Below the pieces are notes generated by a model, which did not search any database, was not told the origin of the DNA, and saw only the letters and a program-made list of their open reading frames with translations. From Tubiluchus corallicola (lineage: Eukaryota; Animalia; Priapulida), in assembly GCA_030141605.1 (NCBI GenBank), contig JAQGDQ010000666.1, positions 1 to 64,000 of the forward strand: a stretch of DNA of 64,000 bases, written 5' to 3'. The position numbers and the translations under genes are program-made. Each line of letters starts with the position of its first letter. Within the stretch, counting starts at the first letter, position 1. Below are positions 1 through 12,700 of the stretch, piece after piece.

Positions 1-194
1 GATAACATATTTCTTCTACATTGTATATTTATAGTGTGGTGTATATTGAAGCAATTGTTATAGAAGCATAATGTACTGACAAGCTGAGATTTGGCATTGC
101 ATTGCACACCTTATTGTAATTTACAAAAATGGTAAACGAATCTCCTTTACTAAATAATGATGCTTATCATAATCATGGTTGAGCAACTCATCTT

Positions 195-196
<2 letters not shown>

Positions 197-226
<30 letters not shown>

Positions 227-427
227 TGTATGTATGTATGTATGTATGTATGTATGTATGTATGTATGTATGTATGTATGTATGTATGTATGTATGTATG
301 TATGTATGTATGTATGTATGTATGTAGTATGTATGTAGTATGTATGTATGTATGTATGTATGTATGTATGTATGTATGTATGTATGTATGTATGTATGTA
401 TGTATGTATGTATGTATGTATGTATGT
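197..427. repeat. (TATG)n microsatellite
   Basis: Near-perfect TATG run; explains the spurious ORFs 121..465 and 179..433. Confidence 0.98.
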
Positions 428-737
428 AGGTAGGTACGTACGTACGTACGTAATGTCATCCGCACTTTGATGTAAAACCTATCTCACCATCTATTTTATA
501 TAGCAACAGTGATGCCAGTATAACTTCACTCTATTGAAATTATCGTTGCCGTTGTTGTCATTGTTGTTATTCATTTGATTTATCATATTTAATTAATTTC
601 AATGATTAGCTACCTATATTTTTTTCTTTTGTGGTGTCATAATTTTCTGATTCCTGATAATTTGTTGTACATAGCATTATTATATATATTGAGTCTGTAT
701 TTTATTGTAAAGCCACTAGCAGTATTTTTCCGTTTAG

Positions 738-806
738 TTGGCCTTTGCTCACCTCAGGTTTTGCTTTACCCAAGACATACGGAGGGACAGACATCACAAA
801 TACGGG
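738..806 (+). CDS. Possible adhesion-GPCR exon (end of TM4/ECL2); alternative acceptor at 758
   Basis: tttag acceptor and GG|gtatgt donor; reads WPLLTSGFALPKTYGGTDITNT-G. The phase-2 end fits the CW exon at 2075(-). Protein similarity is weak. Confidence 0.35.
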
Positions 807-1492
807 GTATGTAATATAGCTAATATGTCTGCCCTTCAGTATGATGTCAACCAAAATGAAAATCTGATTACGTTACGCTTCTCTATACATGCTTTTATGT
901 GGTTATGTGTTTATTTTTATTGAGATTATTATAATCATCTTGAGTGTGCTAATTACACTGCAGCCCGGCTGCAAAGGTGTCATGATGTATAGGCCTAATA
1001 TTAATGCATTCAATCAAAATAATAATAATGTTATTATAGTAGAAGATGATGTGCTGTAGACATGTTAAGATATCTTACAAGTATTGAAAGATTAATGAGT
1101 GATTTCACTGAATTGTATGACACTGTTTGACCACGATGGAATGCTGTTTGTTACCTGTCTGTCTGCCACTCAAGCATCCAAAGGAGGCTTAAAATTTCGC
1201 CATTTAATTTTTGCATTAAAGGTTGGAACTAATAATTATATTGACGTAGTTTACATAGTTCGTATATCAACCGTAATTTTCGCCGTCTTGCCCAGCGTGA
1301 CGTCGGCTAAAACCGCACCGACCGTTTATCTGTTAACCTTTAACTTTCATAAAAATTATACAATATTGCCTGAATACTGTAGGATTATATCTGTTGTCTT
1401 CCAAAGATTTGTAATAGTAGTTAGGTTAAATATTCCAAAGACGAATAGCAATACGTAATAATTCATTGTACTTCGTTCAGTTACGTATTGCT

Positions 1493-1589
1493 CTAGGGTT
1501 AAGCCTATAGTTAGATTTAATCCTAAGGTTAGGGTTAGGATTGAGGTCAGGGTTGGGGCTAGGATTAGTAGTAATTTTTTCCTGTGCCT
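1493..1589. repeat. Left arm of perfect 97-bp inverted repeat (degenerate TTAGGG-rich)
   Basis: Exact reverse complement of 2251-2347, compared base by base. Confidence 0.95.
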
Positions 1590-1919
1590 TTTTCCTGTAA
1601 CTTTTTTATCTGTGAGTTTGTTACCTGGATTCCTTTATTCAACCAGGATTAGACGGCTTGCAAGTTCAGACATAGCTTTGTGTAGTTTCAAACAGAAGTA
1701 TATAAAGTATGAATCAGTACTGCTTGTATGTTTTTATACGTGTTTGTGATTTTATACCACGCAGGGATCAGAGAGATTCGCAAAAATCTCCAGACAGGAA
1801 CATCATCACACTGGTGTTAACACCATTAAAAGTTCGTTATACTATTCTAATAGGTATTTGTGCCCATGCAGTTTTAAAAATTTTTATACAGGTTTAAATT
1901 AAGCAAAAAGTGAACTTGC

Positions 1920-2075
1920 TTTGCAGTCAGCATTTGCGGCCCGTCCATGTCAGGAAAATTCTGGAATTTTGTTGTTCCAGCACCCTCCAGGATAATCATC
2001 GTCAGGACAAAAAGAAGCCCATTTGGAATGAACGACGCTGTGACAACTGGCGCCGCCTGGAGTACAATCCAGCAC
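1920..2075 (-). CDS. Adhesion-GPCR exon (ECL2 CW motif, TM5, ICL3), inverted relative to the neighbouring exons
   Basis: Minus strand ctttag|G TGC TGG...GCA AA|gcaagt; 156 bp, phase 2-2, no stops; CWIVLQAAPVVTASFIPNGLLFVLTMIILEGAGTTKFQNFPDMDGPQMLTA; GC donor. Confidence 0.7.
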
Positions 2076-2250
2076 CTAAAGCAGCAAAGTTTTAAAATGC
2101 TAAAATTAACGACTTATAACTCTTTGCAATGCACTTTTTCCCTGATGAACAAACACACAAAAATTATACAAACTGGCAAACATACAAGTAGACAAACAAA
2201 CAATCATATAAACAAGCATACAAACTAAACTTATGAACAGATAGGTAGAC

Positions 2251-2347
2251 AGGCACAGGAAAAAATTACTACTAATCCTAGCCCCAACCCTGACCTCAAT
2301 CCTAACCCTAACCTTAGGATTAAATCTAACTATAGGCTTAACCCTAG
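2251..2347. repeat. Right arm of perfect 97-bp inverted repeat, part of a telomere-like (Helentron/HINE-type) interspersed element
   Basis: Exact reverse complement of 1493-1589; CCCTAA-like motifs continue to ~2370 on this side only. Confidence 0.9.
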
Positions 2348-2779
2348 GAAAACCCTAATTGTAACCCTAAGATATTATTTTTTCGCATGTAACGCCATCA
2401 TATGTAAATAGTGTTGTCAACATACACAAGTCACGTTGTACGTATTGTATTACCAGTTAGTAACTGATTTAAAATGTTGAATACATTTCTGTTTTTTTAA
2501 TTCAGTTGTTTATGGTACTTAAATAAGTTGTGACTGACTTGAATATATTTGTTTGGTTACCCGATTTTCTTTCCTAGCCAAAATTGTGTTTTTTTCTAGC
2601 CAAAATTGTGACTTTTTTCTAGCCAAAATTGTGGCTTTTTTCCGGCCACCATAAATTAATTGCAGCTATTTTCTGTGACCACAGGGTAAACTTTTCTTTC
2701 GGCTAGTAATTTGAAAAACCGCTTGATTAACCTATTTTCTTACTGTTCGCGAGGTGAGGTCAATTACTTGTCTCTTTAG

Positions 2780-2948
2780 AATAAACCAGAAGGCAAATAT
2801 GGTAATTACTCCCATGATGTTTGTCAGCTGGTGCCTTGGAGTAATTGCTTATTCAGAGCAAGATTTTGCGTTCTTCTCTCTGTTTGGTATCTTCAGTTCT
2901 ATCATGGGGTGGCTCATGTTCAGTTCACACTGCTTGGGTAATGAAAAG
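2780..2948 (+). CDS. Adhesion-GPCR exon (TM6-TM7, start of helix 8)
   Basis: ctctttag acceptor, AAG|gtaaga donor; INQKANMVITPMMFVSWCLGVIAYSEQDFAFFSLFGIFSSIMGWLMFSSHCLGNEK resembles the family-2 pattern W..G / FxIFNSxQG..IF..HC..N.KV. Confidence 0.75.
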
Positions 2949-3765
2949 GTAAGACAAATATGCAGCAACAAGAAACAGAATTTTTGCTTTTTTAATTAAT
3001 GTGCACTGGTAAAGGCTTATTATTGACAAAGCGCCATTTTTTGCATTTTGTCCCGTTGAAAGTCAGAAGCCAGCTCTCAGCAATGGAATCTATTTTTTGT
3101 TGATGGATGAGGCCTAGACCAGAATCTTGATCATTATCAGGGATCAAATCGTCTGAGATGAGGCACTGAACCAGCAGAAGAGATGAAGTAGTGTCTGATG
3201 TTTACCTGTCATATATATCCTCTCTTAAAAAGAAAAGTAGCAGGAGGTAGTGTATGAGGTTATCAAACAATAGGAGGGTGTGAGTTATTATTACTTTTGT
3301 ATAATTAATTAATAAAGCTGTGGTTGGGTTGGTAAGTCGACGACTGCCTGTACTAGCTAAACTCAAGGCCAAGTGAAGGTCAACCAAAGGTCAAACTTGT
3401 TGCAAAATGAAAGAATTTTTATGCAGCTTGGCGCTTTGCAAGCATCAGTTTAGCTCTCGGCATCATGTCTACTCGATGTATGTGATTGTTGTAGAAGTGG
3501 AATGTATCTCACTACTACAGATGAGTCACTGAACCAGCAGAGGTGTCTTAACCATATTCATATATCATTGTAAACAGCCAGAATCAGTATGGTCAGTTAT
3601 AAAATCATCCAAAATTAATATTCAAGTTTATTGTCGCCATTCACTACCTAAGTTCAGTTGCTAAGCATACACCATGACCACTCGGCTATACAACTCACCT
3701 CTTTATAATTAACACTGTCAGATTGCCATTAACCAAACGGGTGTGTAATTTTTGCTTTTTTTCAG

Positions 3766-6700
3766 TCTGTGATAATCAAAACTTCTGAACGCAACGCTGC
3801 TGCCCTCTACGATGCTCGAATGCAAATACTGGCCGAGTGCGAGAATGAGGAGGCGCCACCGTTGACTTCCTCCGCTGCTCCGGTCGCATTTCACAACAAT
3901 AACAACATAATTATCTCTTCAAGTAACAGTCCTTGTGAGTATATTGGCTTTTTTATCTCTTCTTTAGCTTACCTCTCTTATTTGTGTACAAAGATGTGAG
4001 TCTATAGACAAGAGTCGATTGTCATTCAGAGTTTTTGCTAAGAAGATTCATAATTGCAGGGATGAGAATTTTTCGCGGATACGCGGAATTCCGAGTTTTT
4101 GGAAGACCAGTAGTGCCATTACTGTAAATCACATAAATTCGTTGAGAAAATTTTTACTGACCCAGTACATTATTTCACAAACTGACCGCTAGTTGGCAGG
4201 CCGTCACTTTGTTTACATCACGTACATCAGTGTAACCACGTGTATATCTCTATGTATAAAAATATAGAATCAATTGTGCGGAGTTATTTGAGTCAATTGC
4301 AGACAGTTTTTATATACTTTTGCATAGGAGCAGCCAGTACTTAGGCGTTTTTGAGACAATTAGGTATCATGTATCCTTGATAGTTGGGTATTTTAAATTA
4401 TGCATGAAACAAGGTAATTGATATTTTAAGTCCACTTAGAGGTTCTCTATGGTCACAAAATTTGCTTTTTGTTGCTTTGCTCCCCTTGAACTCCTTTGGG
4501 GGGCCTAGGTGGTCCCTAAACTGCCAGATTGTTTCAGAGTTTTTTTTACAATTTGTCATTCTCATCCCTGTAATTGTACTCGAGGTTCAGTTTCGTTATT
4601 TCGACCAAATTTATTAACCTTTTTAGCGGAAAATTTTGCCGACTTTGCGTAGTATTTTTCCGGTTTTTTAGTAGTATTTGTTCAGTTTGCCTCTTCTCTT
4701 TTCCCAGATGCTAAAAACCACTGAAAAATCTTGCTGAAACAAACAAACTGAAAATTTCACGTAGCTTGCTAGTTAAAGTTTGATTTTTATGCAATATGGC
4801 ATATCTTTTGTGCTGATGACTTTAAATCTTAAACAAAGACGGGATGATTTTTCATATATTACTCCATTTTTCAAGTACTGTATAAGTATACGTTTTAACT
4901 CAAAGCATTTCTGATGATTAAATAATGGATAAAAACTTAATTAGTGGTGGGCGAGCCCAACTATTGATGACATCACAAGTGAACATAATTTTCACAGCAC
5001 TAACATTCCACGTGCGTATTGTACGTGTTTGTGAAAGTTGAAGTACAGTGTTGCTGTGCAACTTTCAGTCTGTTAGTGCTGTGCTCACGCGTGAGATCTG
5101 GAAAGCGTGCACTACGTCACAACTGAATAGCGAAGAGTATAGAGAAGAGTATTAAAGGAAGACAGGATGATTTTCCATATACTACCTCATTTTGAAGTAC
5201 GGTGAAAAGTATACATTTTAACATCAATGATCCAAAAGCGTTTGTGTTAATTAAATAATAGATTAAAAAGTTAATTAAAGGCGGGCGAGCCCAACTGTTG
5301 ATGACATCACAAACTAACATAACCTTCAACAGCAAAAATATTTAACGAGCGTGTTACACATCTTTGCAAAAGCATTTCTGATGATTAAATAATGGATAAA
5401 AAACTTAATTAGTGGTGGGTGAGTCCAACTATTGATGACATCACAAACTAGCGTAACCTTCAACGGCAAAAATATTCAGCGAGCGTGTTACATGTGTTTG
5501 CAAAAGCAAAAATTGAAGTATAGTGTTAGTGTAGGACATTCAGTGTGTTGTACTAAAACTAGGCAAGTTGTAAGATGAAAATTTCAAATTTAACGCTAAG
5601 AAAAATTACTGAAACGGCACGCTCTGGGCTTTTCTAATGAGTGAAGGTAATACAGGTGCACTAGCATTGTCCCATTCACCTGTTCTCACCTGTTATGAAC
5701 TGTTTGCTATGTTGATTTTTATTATTATTTGTTATACTGCATTTTCAACAATGTCTCCTACGTGTTTCACATAATTTGTGGCTTGTATTTTCCAACTTGT
5801 TGTTTTTTTTTGTGAAAATTAGCTGTTTTTTTACGTACAATTTGCCTTTACGTTTTCCAGACCTGATGAATCAGAACTTTTTAAACGTGCAGACGACATA
5901 TAACAGCCTGATAGGTCCCGTGCCGAGTCCGTTAGCAAGTACGAGTCCTATTCCTCCTGCGTGGAGCACGATATCATCAGAACATACAAGTATGTTTGTC
6001 TGTCTGTCTATCTGCTCGTTTGTCTGTTTTTTTGTTCTCTTTAGTAGAGGTGTTTACTAAGGCACCTGCTAATGTAACTCTTTTCATAAATAAAATTTCA
6101 ACGATTCGTCCTGAAATTTTGTATCTCTTGCATGACGCCTTATTGCATAGAGAGCTTGCGTTCAGTAACGCTGTATAAAGCTTGTAAATTTAAATTCTCT
6201 TGGTAGTTGCAAATATTTTAATCGTAAAATGATTTACATTGCTTAGAGTTTGAAAAAATAATCAGAGCATTCGTAGTACACACTAACTGCACAAACATTT
6301 ACTTTACTCTATATTGTCGATAAGTTGGTGAATCAGTGGTGCACACTGGGAAGGCAGCAACATTTTATCAGGTGGCACGAACATTTGAAATTATTAAGAA
6401 ATTTCTTTTCCAATTAGACTAGCATTTCGAACAGGTAACCATAACGCAAAGTAATGTATTTTTGTGTGGAGTATTTTTTGGGACATAAGGCAGCCTTTGT
6501 TTCCCTTTAACGTGCCGATTCTGGCTGTTCACCGGATAATTATGGTTTCATTGCAGCCTACCCATCGGTACTCACACACGAGTCATACGGCAACACACTT
6601 CGCATTCCAACTCCCGTGGATAAACTTGTCAGTGGTGGCAGCGGCAGCATCAGTCCGTGCGACAGTCCGGTACGCAGAACTACGGATGATCATACAGGTA

Positions 6701-9700
6701 GGGATCATTCGTTAATCTATCCCGTTAATCTATCCTGGATTTATCCTATAGGCTAGTATTTCGTTCCATTCTAACCAACCCTTTCTTGTATATAAGTTTA
6801 CTATGTCTCTGTAAACTAACTCTGTGTTTTTACTTGTGCCTCAATTTTTATTGTTGTTTGGACTGTAAAACTGTAAATGTCTGAAATAAAATTAATTAAT
6901 TAATAAATAAGTAAATAAATAAATAATAGTAATAATAATTCATGTGTTTGCAAATAAACTTGAATTGACTATTGCTTACTGGCTAATGCTTTCCCCTATC
7001 AACCACCATACATTCTCAGTGTGCGCAGTTGGTTTAGGTAAATAAACTTGAATTGACTGTTGTTTAGTGGCCAATGCTTTCCCCTATCAACCACCATACA
7101 TTCTAAGTGTGCGGGTTGTTTATGTAAATAAACTTGAATTGACTATTGCTTACTGGTTAATGATTTCCCCTATCAACCACCATACATTCTAAGTGTGCGC
7201 AGTTGGTTTAGGTAAATAAACTTGAATTGACTGTTGTTTAGTGGCTAATGCTTTCCCCTATCAACCACCATACATTCTAAGTGTGCGGGTTGTTTATGTA
7301 AATAAACTTGAATTGACTTTGTTATGGCAATGCTTCCCACAAAACAAAAAAACAAACCAAAACACAACACCAACACATAAATAAACTTGAATTGACTATT
7401 GCTTACTGGCTAATGCTTTCCCCTATCAACCACCATACATTCTCAGTGTGCGCAGTTGGTTTAGGTAAATAAACTTGAATTGACTGTTGTTTAGTGGCCA
7501 ATGCTTTCCCCTATCAACCACCATACATTCTAAGTGTGCGGGTTGTTTATGTAAATAAACTTGAATTGACTATTGCTTACTGGTTAATGCTTTCCCCTAT
7601 CAACCACCATACATTCTAAGTGTGCGCAGTTGGTTTAGGTAAATAAACTTGAATTGACTGTTGTTTAGTGGCCAATGCTTTCCCCTATCAACCACCATAC
7701 ATTCTAAGTGTGCGGGTTGTTTATGTAAATAAACTTGAATTGACTATTGCTTACTGGCCAATGCTTTCCCCTATCAACCACCATACATTCTCAGTGTGCG
7801 GTTGTTTATAAATAAACTTGAATTGACTTTGCTTACTGGCAATGCTTTCCCCTATCAACCACCATACATTCTAAGTGTGCGGGTTGTTTATGTAAATAAA
7901 CTTGAATTGACTATTGCTTACTGGCTAATGCTTTCCCCTATCAACCACCATACATTCTAAGTGTGCGCAGTTGGTTTAGATAAATAAACTTGAATTGACT
8001 GTTGTTTAGTGGCCAATGCTTTCCCCTATCAACCACCATACATTCTAAGTGTGCGGGTTGTTTATGTAAATAAACTTGAATTGACTATTGCTTACTGGCT
8101 AATGCTTTCCCCTATCAACCACCATACATTCTAAGTGTGCGCAGTTGGTTTAGATAAATAAACTTGAATTGACTTTTGTTTAGTGGCCAATGCTTTCCCC
8201 TATCAACCACCATACATTCTAAGTGTGCGGGTTGTTTATGTAAATAAACTTGAATTGACTATTGCTTACTGGCTAATGCTTTCCCCTATCAACCACCATA
8301 CATTCTAAGTGTGCGCAGTTGGTTTAGGTAAATAAACTTGAATTGACTGTTGTTTAGTGGCCAATGCTTTCCCCTATCAGCCACCATACATTCGAAGTGT
8401 GCGGGTTGTTTATGTAAATAAACTTGAATTGACTATTGCTTACTGGCTAATGCTTTCCCCTATCAACCACCATACATTCTAAGTGTGCGCAGTTGGTTTA
8501 TGTAAATAAACTTGAATTGACTGTTGTTTAGTGGCTTATGCTTTCCATCATTCATGTGTTTGCAAACACCTTGGCATGTTATAGCAGCCGCTTAGTCGTT
8601 TGTTTTAGAAAATGTGGATTGGCGATGGACTCATTACAACCAGGTGATGAGTAAATCATAAATTTTTTTTCATAACGTTGCTGATTATAACAAAAAGTGG
8701 CTCTTAAATATAATTAGGTATTTTTACAGATACCATGAAAGAGAGCAACGACAGGGGCCTCGGTCTGGTGGACATGATGCACAAAATCTCAGCAAACGGA
8801 GGTCTCATCCCTCCCAACGGTCTGCCGCGCGTACCCAACGGCATCTCGCGCGTCAGCCTCCTCAGTTCTACTAGTCGTACGAGAATGGATCTCTCCAGGC
8901 CGCTCCAGTCGAGATTTCCCGACGCTTGCGATCAGCCGGTGGAGTTTCACAAGCATCGCGGCTTGCATTTTCAGTAAGTGCGAATTGTTTAGTCGAAAGA
9001 AAGATTTCTTCTGTGACGAGTTGCAAGGGTCGTCACTACTGTTTGTGTGCAACGGTTTTTGTGAATTACATTTTTTTTAGCACATAGAGTTTATAAGTTT
9101 ATTTATTTCCACTCAGCATCTAACAATTATAATAAAAATACAGATAATTTCACTGAAGTAAATATAAATATAAATATAAATGCAATATTATCCAGAAATT
9201 ACAAAATGCAGCATATACATGTGCAAATTACATTACAGAGTAATTTTGATGCATACAGTTTGAGCCTAAAAGCATAGCTTGACAGGCCAAACTGTACGTG
9301 GAAATCTTAAAGAAGTGATCAATAATTGAAATAATGATAATATATACATAAAAGTGTGGGAGGGGGAGTAGTGAATGAAAGATGAAATGGAGCGAGAACT
9401 AAGAAAAACTGTGATCATGATTATAAAGTGTTCAGTAACCCGTTGAGCATAGTCACGTTTTATTAAGATTACTGTGGAAAAAGAATGCAGGTGATTACCA
9501 TTATCAAACTGTATTACTCTCAATACTTTTGAAATATTTCTTTTCTGACGGTTTTTTTAAAAGTTGAAAGGGAGTGACTACATTTTGAATTGAAAGGGAG
9601 TGACTACAATTTGAATTGAAAGGGAGTGACTACATTTTGAGTTGAAAGGGAGTGACTACATTTTGAGTTGAAAGGGAGTGACTACATTTTGAGTTGCGGC

Positions 9701-12700
9701 TTAGTCTATTCCATAGGACTGGTCCCATATAGCTAATGAAATAAAGAAGACAGAGTGTCTGTCGGGGGTGTTACCGAAACTGAATTTACAAACCGAAACC
9801 GAAATTTATGAAACAAACTGAAACCCAAATTTACGAAACAAACCGAAAACGAACCAAAACATTTTTGGAAAACCAACTAGTATTGAAACTGAAAAAAGAA
9901 AATTCTAAAATAAGTCCATTTTTTGCCTTTTGTTTCTTTGTTTTTGTTTGCTGTGATGTAAAATCACTTGATGATAAAAAATTCTAATATGAAAAGGACA
10001 CGGCAGTTTTATAGTATAGAACCGCAAGTTTGATGGGGTGACTTACCTTAGAAAATCTGTTATAATGTTTTTGGATTTAAATATCCTTGGTGATTAAAAT
10101 TTAAAGATCGTAATGCTTCATTAAAATAAAGAAATTTTATTTTGTAGATATTTTGTCGCTTACATTTCATAAATTATAAAATTAAACGTGATTTTGCTCA
10201 AGTAAATTCAAACGCGGTTTGATGTTTCGGTTGATTGGGCCTGGAGACCCGAAAACTTCCCAGTGGTCAGCACTGAAGATGTGCCGCGTTGCTGATAAAG
10301 CGCATCACAAACTCTTATGTAAATGAACTTTTCCCTTTAATTGAACTATTTCAGCCAAGATTTTTCGGCAGTTTTTGACGTCTAGGTGAAAAGAAAAGAT
10401 AAATTGAATTAAATTAAATACTAATAAAACCACGAAAAAATGATAACGACAATTATCCGGAAGTTTGGCTAGGAAACTTAACCAAAAGTGCAATTATCGG
10501 CAAACCGAAATGAAAATTTCCCTTCGGTAACATCCCTGGCGCCCCCTAAGTGTGAGATATTTTCATTTCCCGCATGACGTTATCAAGTGAAATCTACTTT
10601 TGTGGCCTACATGTTAAAAGACCTAGGTTTACAATTGACGGACCTACATCTAGTGTTTCAAGTAGATTTCAGTTGACGACATCCATGAAGGACGAAAGCT
10701 GATGGAAAAGTTTTTGAGATGTAGAGGGCACTTTGTCTTCTTTACGATTACGACCGCGGCAAGTCACTGAAGAGCTACTATCTTATCTTAGATCAGGAGC
10801 GGTTTCATCGTTTCATCAGGTGTAGTGTTCTTATAGATCAGAAACATGGATAAGAAAAAGAGGAAGATTGAAGAAGAGCATTGAGTGTTTCAAGACAGAT
10901 TAATATGCATTGTACAACACAGACTCAGGGATGAGAATTTTCCGCAGATACGCGGAATTCCGAGTTTTTGGAAGACCAGTAGTGCCATTTTTGTGAATCG
11001 CGTAAATTCGTTGAGAAAATTTTTATGGCCCCAGTACATTATTTCACCAACTGACCGCTAGTTGGCAGGCCATCACTTTGTTTACATCACGTACATCAGT
11101 GTAACCACGTGTATATCTATGTATAAAAATATAGAATCAATTGTGCGGAGTTATTTGAGTCAATTGCAGACAGTTTTTATATACTTTTGCATAGGAGCGG
11201 CCAGTACTTAGGCGTTTTTGAGACAATTAGGTATCATGTATCCTTGATAGTTGGGTATTTTAAATTATGCATGAAACAAGGTAATTGATATTTTAAGTCC
11301 ACTTAGAAGGCTCTCTATGGTCACAAAATTGTAATTTGTTGCTGGGTCCAAGGGGGCTTCCCTTGAAACCATTGGGGGCCTGTTTCAGAGTTTTTTGCAA
11401 TTTGTCATTCTCATCCCTGCAGACTGTGTGATATACTGAACTAATACACATTGTAATAAAATTACCACTATCTGACATGAAAATTGAAATCTGTAGTTTT
11501 TAATATGAAATTTTAATAACTTTTAACAAAGTTTTCTTGAGTGTAATAGTGGAGTAGTAATCATGTGCATAGATCGGATGAAAAAAAATCGTTATTAGGT
11601 CCTACTGTACTTGGCTTCTTGACCAAACTACATGTGGCCGACAGGAACCGTGGGAAAGTTTAATGTGGTCCAGCTAATCGGATAATTTGCACACTTCTGT
11701 CTTAGATGATCTACCTATCTTGCGTTATCATGACGTTGTCATTTACAAACTGGTGCAAACTTGGAAGTGTTGTACGATTGAAAAGCCGTTTGCATCTAAC
11801 AAGGTTGTTCGTTACAGGCATTTAGACGATGGAGACGGGAGCTTGAGCGATCAAAGCGGAAGTAACACTCAAGATTACGAGCACAAAAAACTTATGGCCT
11901 GCAAAGGTAGCGTATTAGCATTCTAAATACGACTGTTTGTAGTGGAGGGAGACCATGTTTGCCGAGTTCTGAAGCCAAGTTTTAACAGAAATGTAAAAAA
12001 GTCAGGGTTGCACCTGGATTTGAACTGATGGACTTTGGAGTACAAATCTAACACCGCTATGCAACGGCAGTAATTATGACAGATCTTAATGTCCATCCAG
12101 GGGTTGTATAGTCTAGTGGTCATGGCACTGGACTTGGTAATCTGAAAGTCCTGGGTTCAGGTCCAGGGTCTGTCACAAGTAATAAATAAAGCTTAACAAA
12201 TTCATTACATGCTGTCTTATTGTATACAGAGCTTGCATTAGCAGTAATGCTGTCTAAAACATGTAAAATTAAACTTCTGCGATAGCCGTTAGATGCAGCC
12301 AATTTAATGGTAAAGTGTTTGGGACTTGTTTAGATAACATTGTGTAAAGTTTAAAAAATAATCAGAGCATCATCAGTAGCACACTCTTTACTAACAAAGA
12401 AAAAGTGTAAACTGCTTTATATTGTCAGTAAGATCAGTAATATGTTTTTGGTGAATCAGTGGTGCATACTGGGATGGTGATGCAGTGCTGTTTCAGTAAT
12501 GTGTTTTTGGTGATTCAGTGGTGCATACTGGGATGGTGATGCAGTGCTGTTTCAGTAATGTGTTTTTGGTGAATCAGTGGTGCATACTGGGATGGTGATG
12601 CAGTGCAGTTTCAGTAATGTGTTTTTGGTGAATCAGTGGTGCATACTGGGATGGTGATGCAGTGCTGTTTCAGTAATGTGTTTTTGGTGAATCAGTGGTG

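Noticed and set aside
121-465. ORFs with HTYI/CMYV repeats (also the CV, SL and ER ORFs at 30815-31133, 41375-41575, 51183-51687 and 53395-53753)
   Set aside because: They are translations of microsatellites.
1765-1852. Possible + strand exon (gcag|GGATCAG...AATAG|gtattt) inside the inverted segment
   Set aside because: No recognisable peptide in any frame, and it matches neither BICC1 nor the GPCR.
1493-2370. Interstitial telomere, or a TIR transposon carrying an exon
   Set aside because: TTAGGG motifs are degenerate, no TSD flanks the arms, and the repeat continues beyond only one arm, which fits an inversion with duplication better.
10795-10825. Minus-strand cctgatga-aacgat-gaaac hammerhead-like string
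   Set aside because: Stem II cannot form; it lies just before what looks like a decayed hAT transposase start (MDKKKRKIEEEH*VFQ).
12100-12175. tRNA gene
   Set aside because: The B-box is degenerate and there is no proper cloverleaf; treated as a SINE head.
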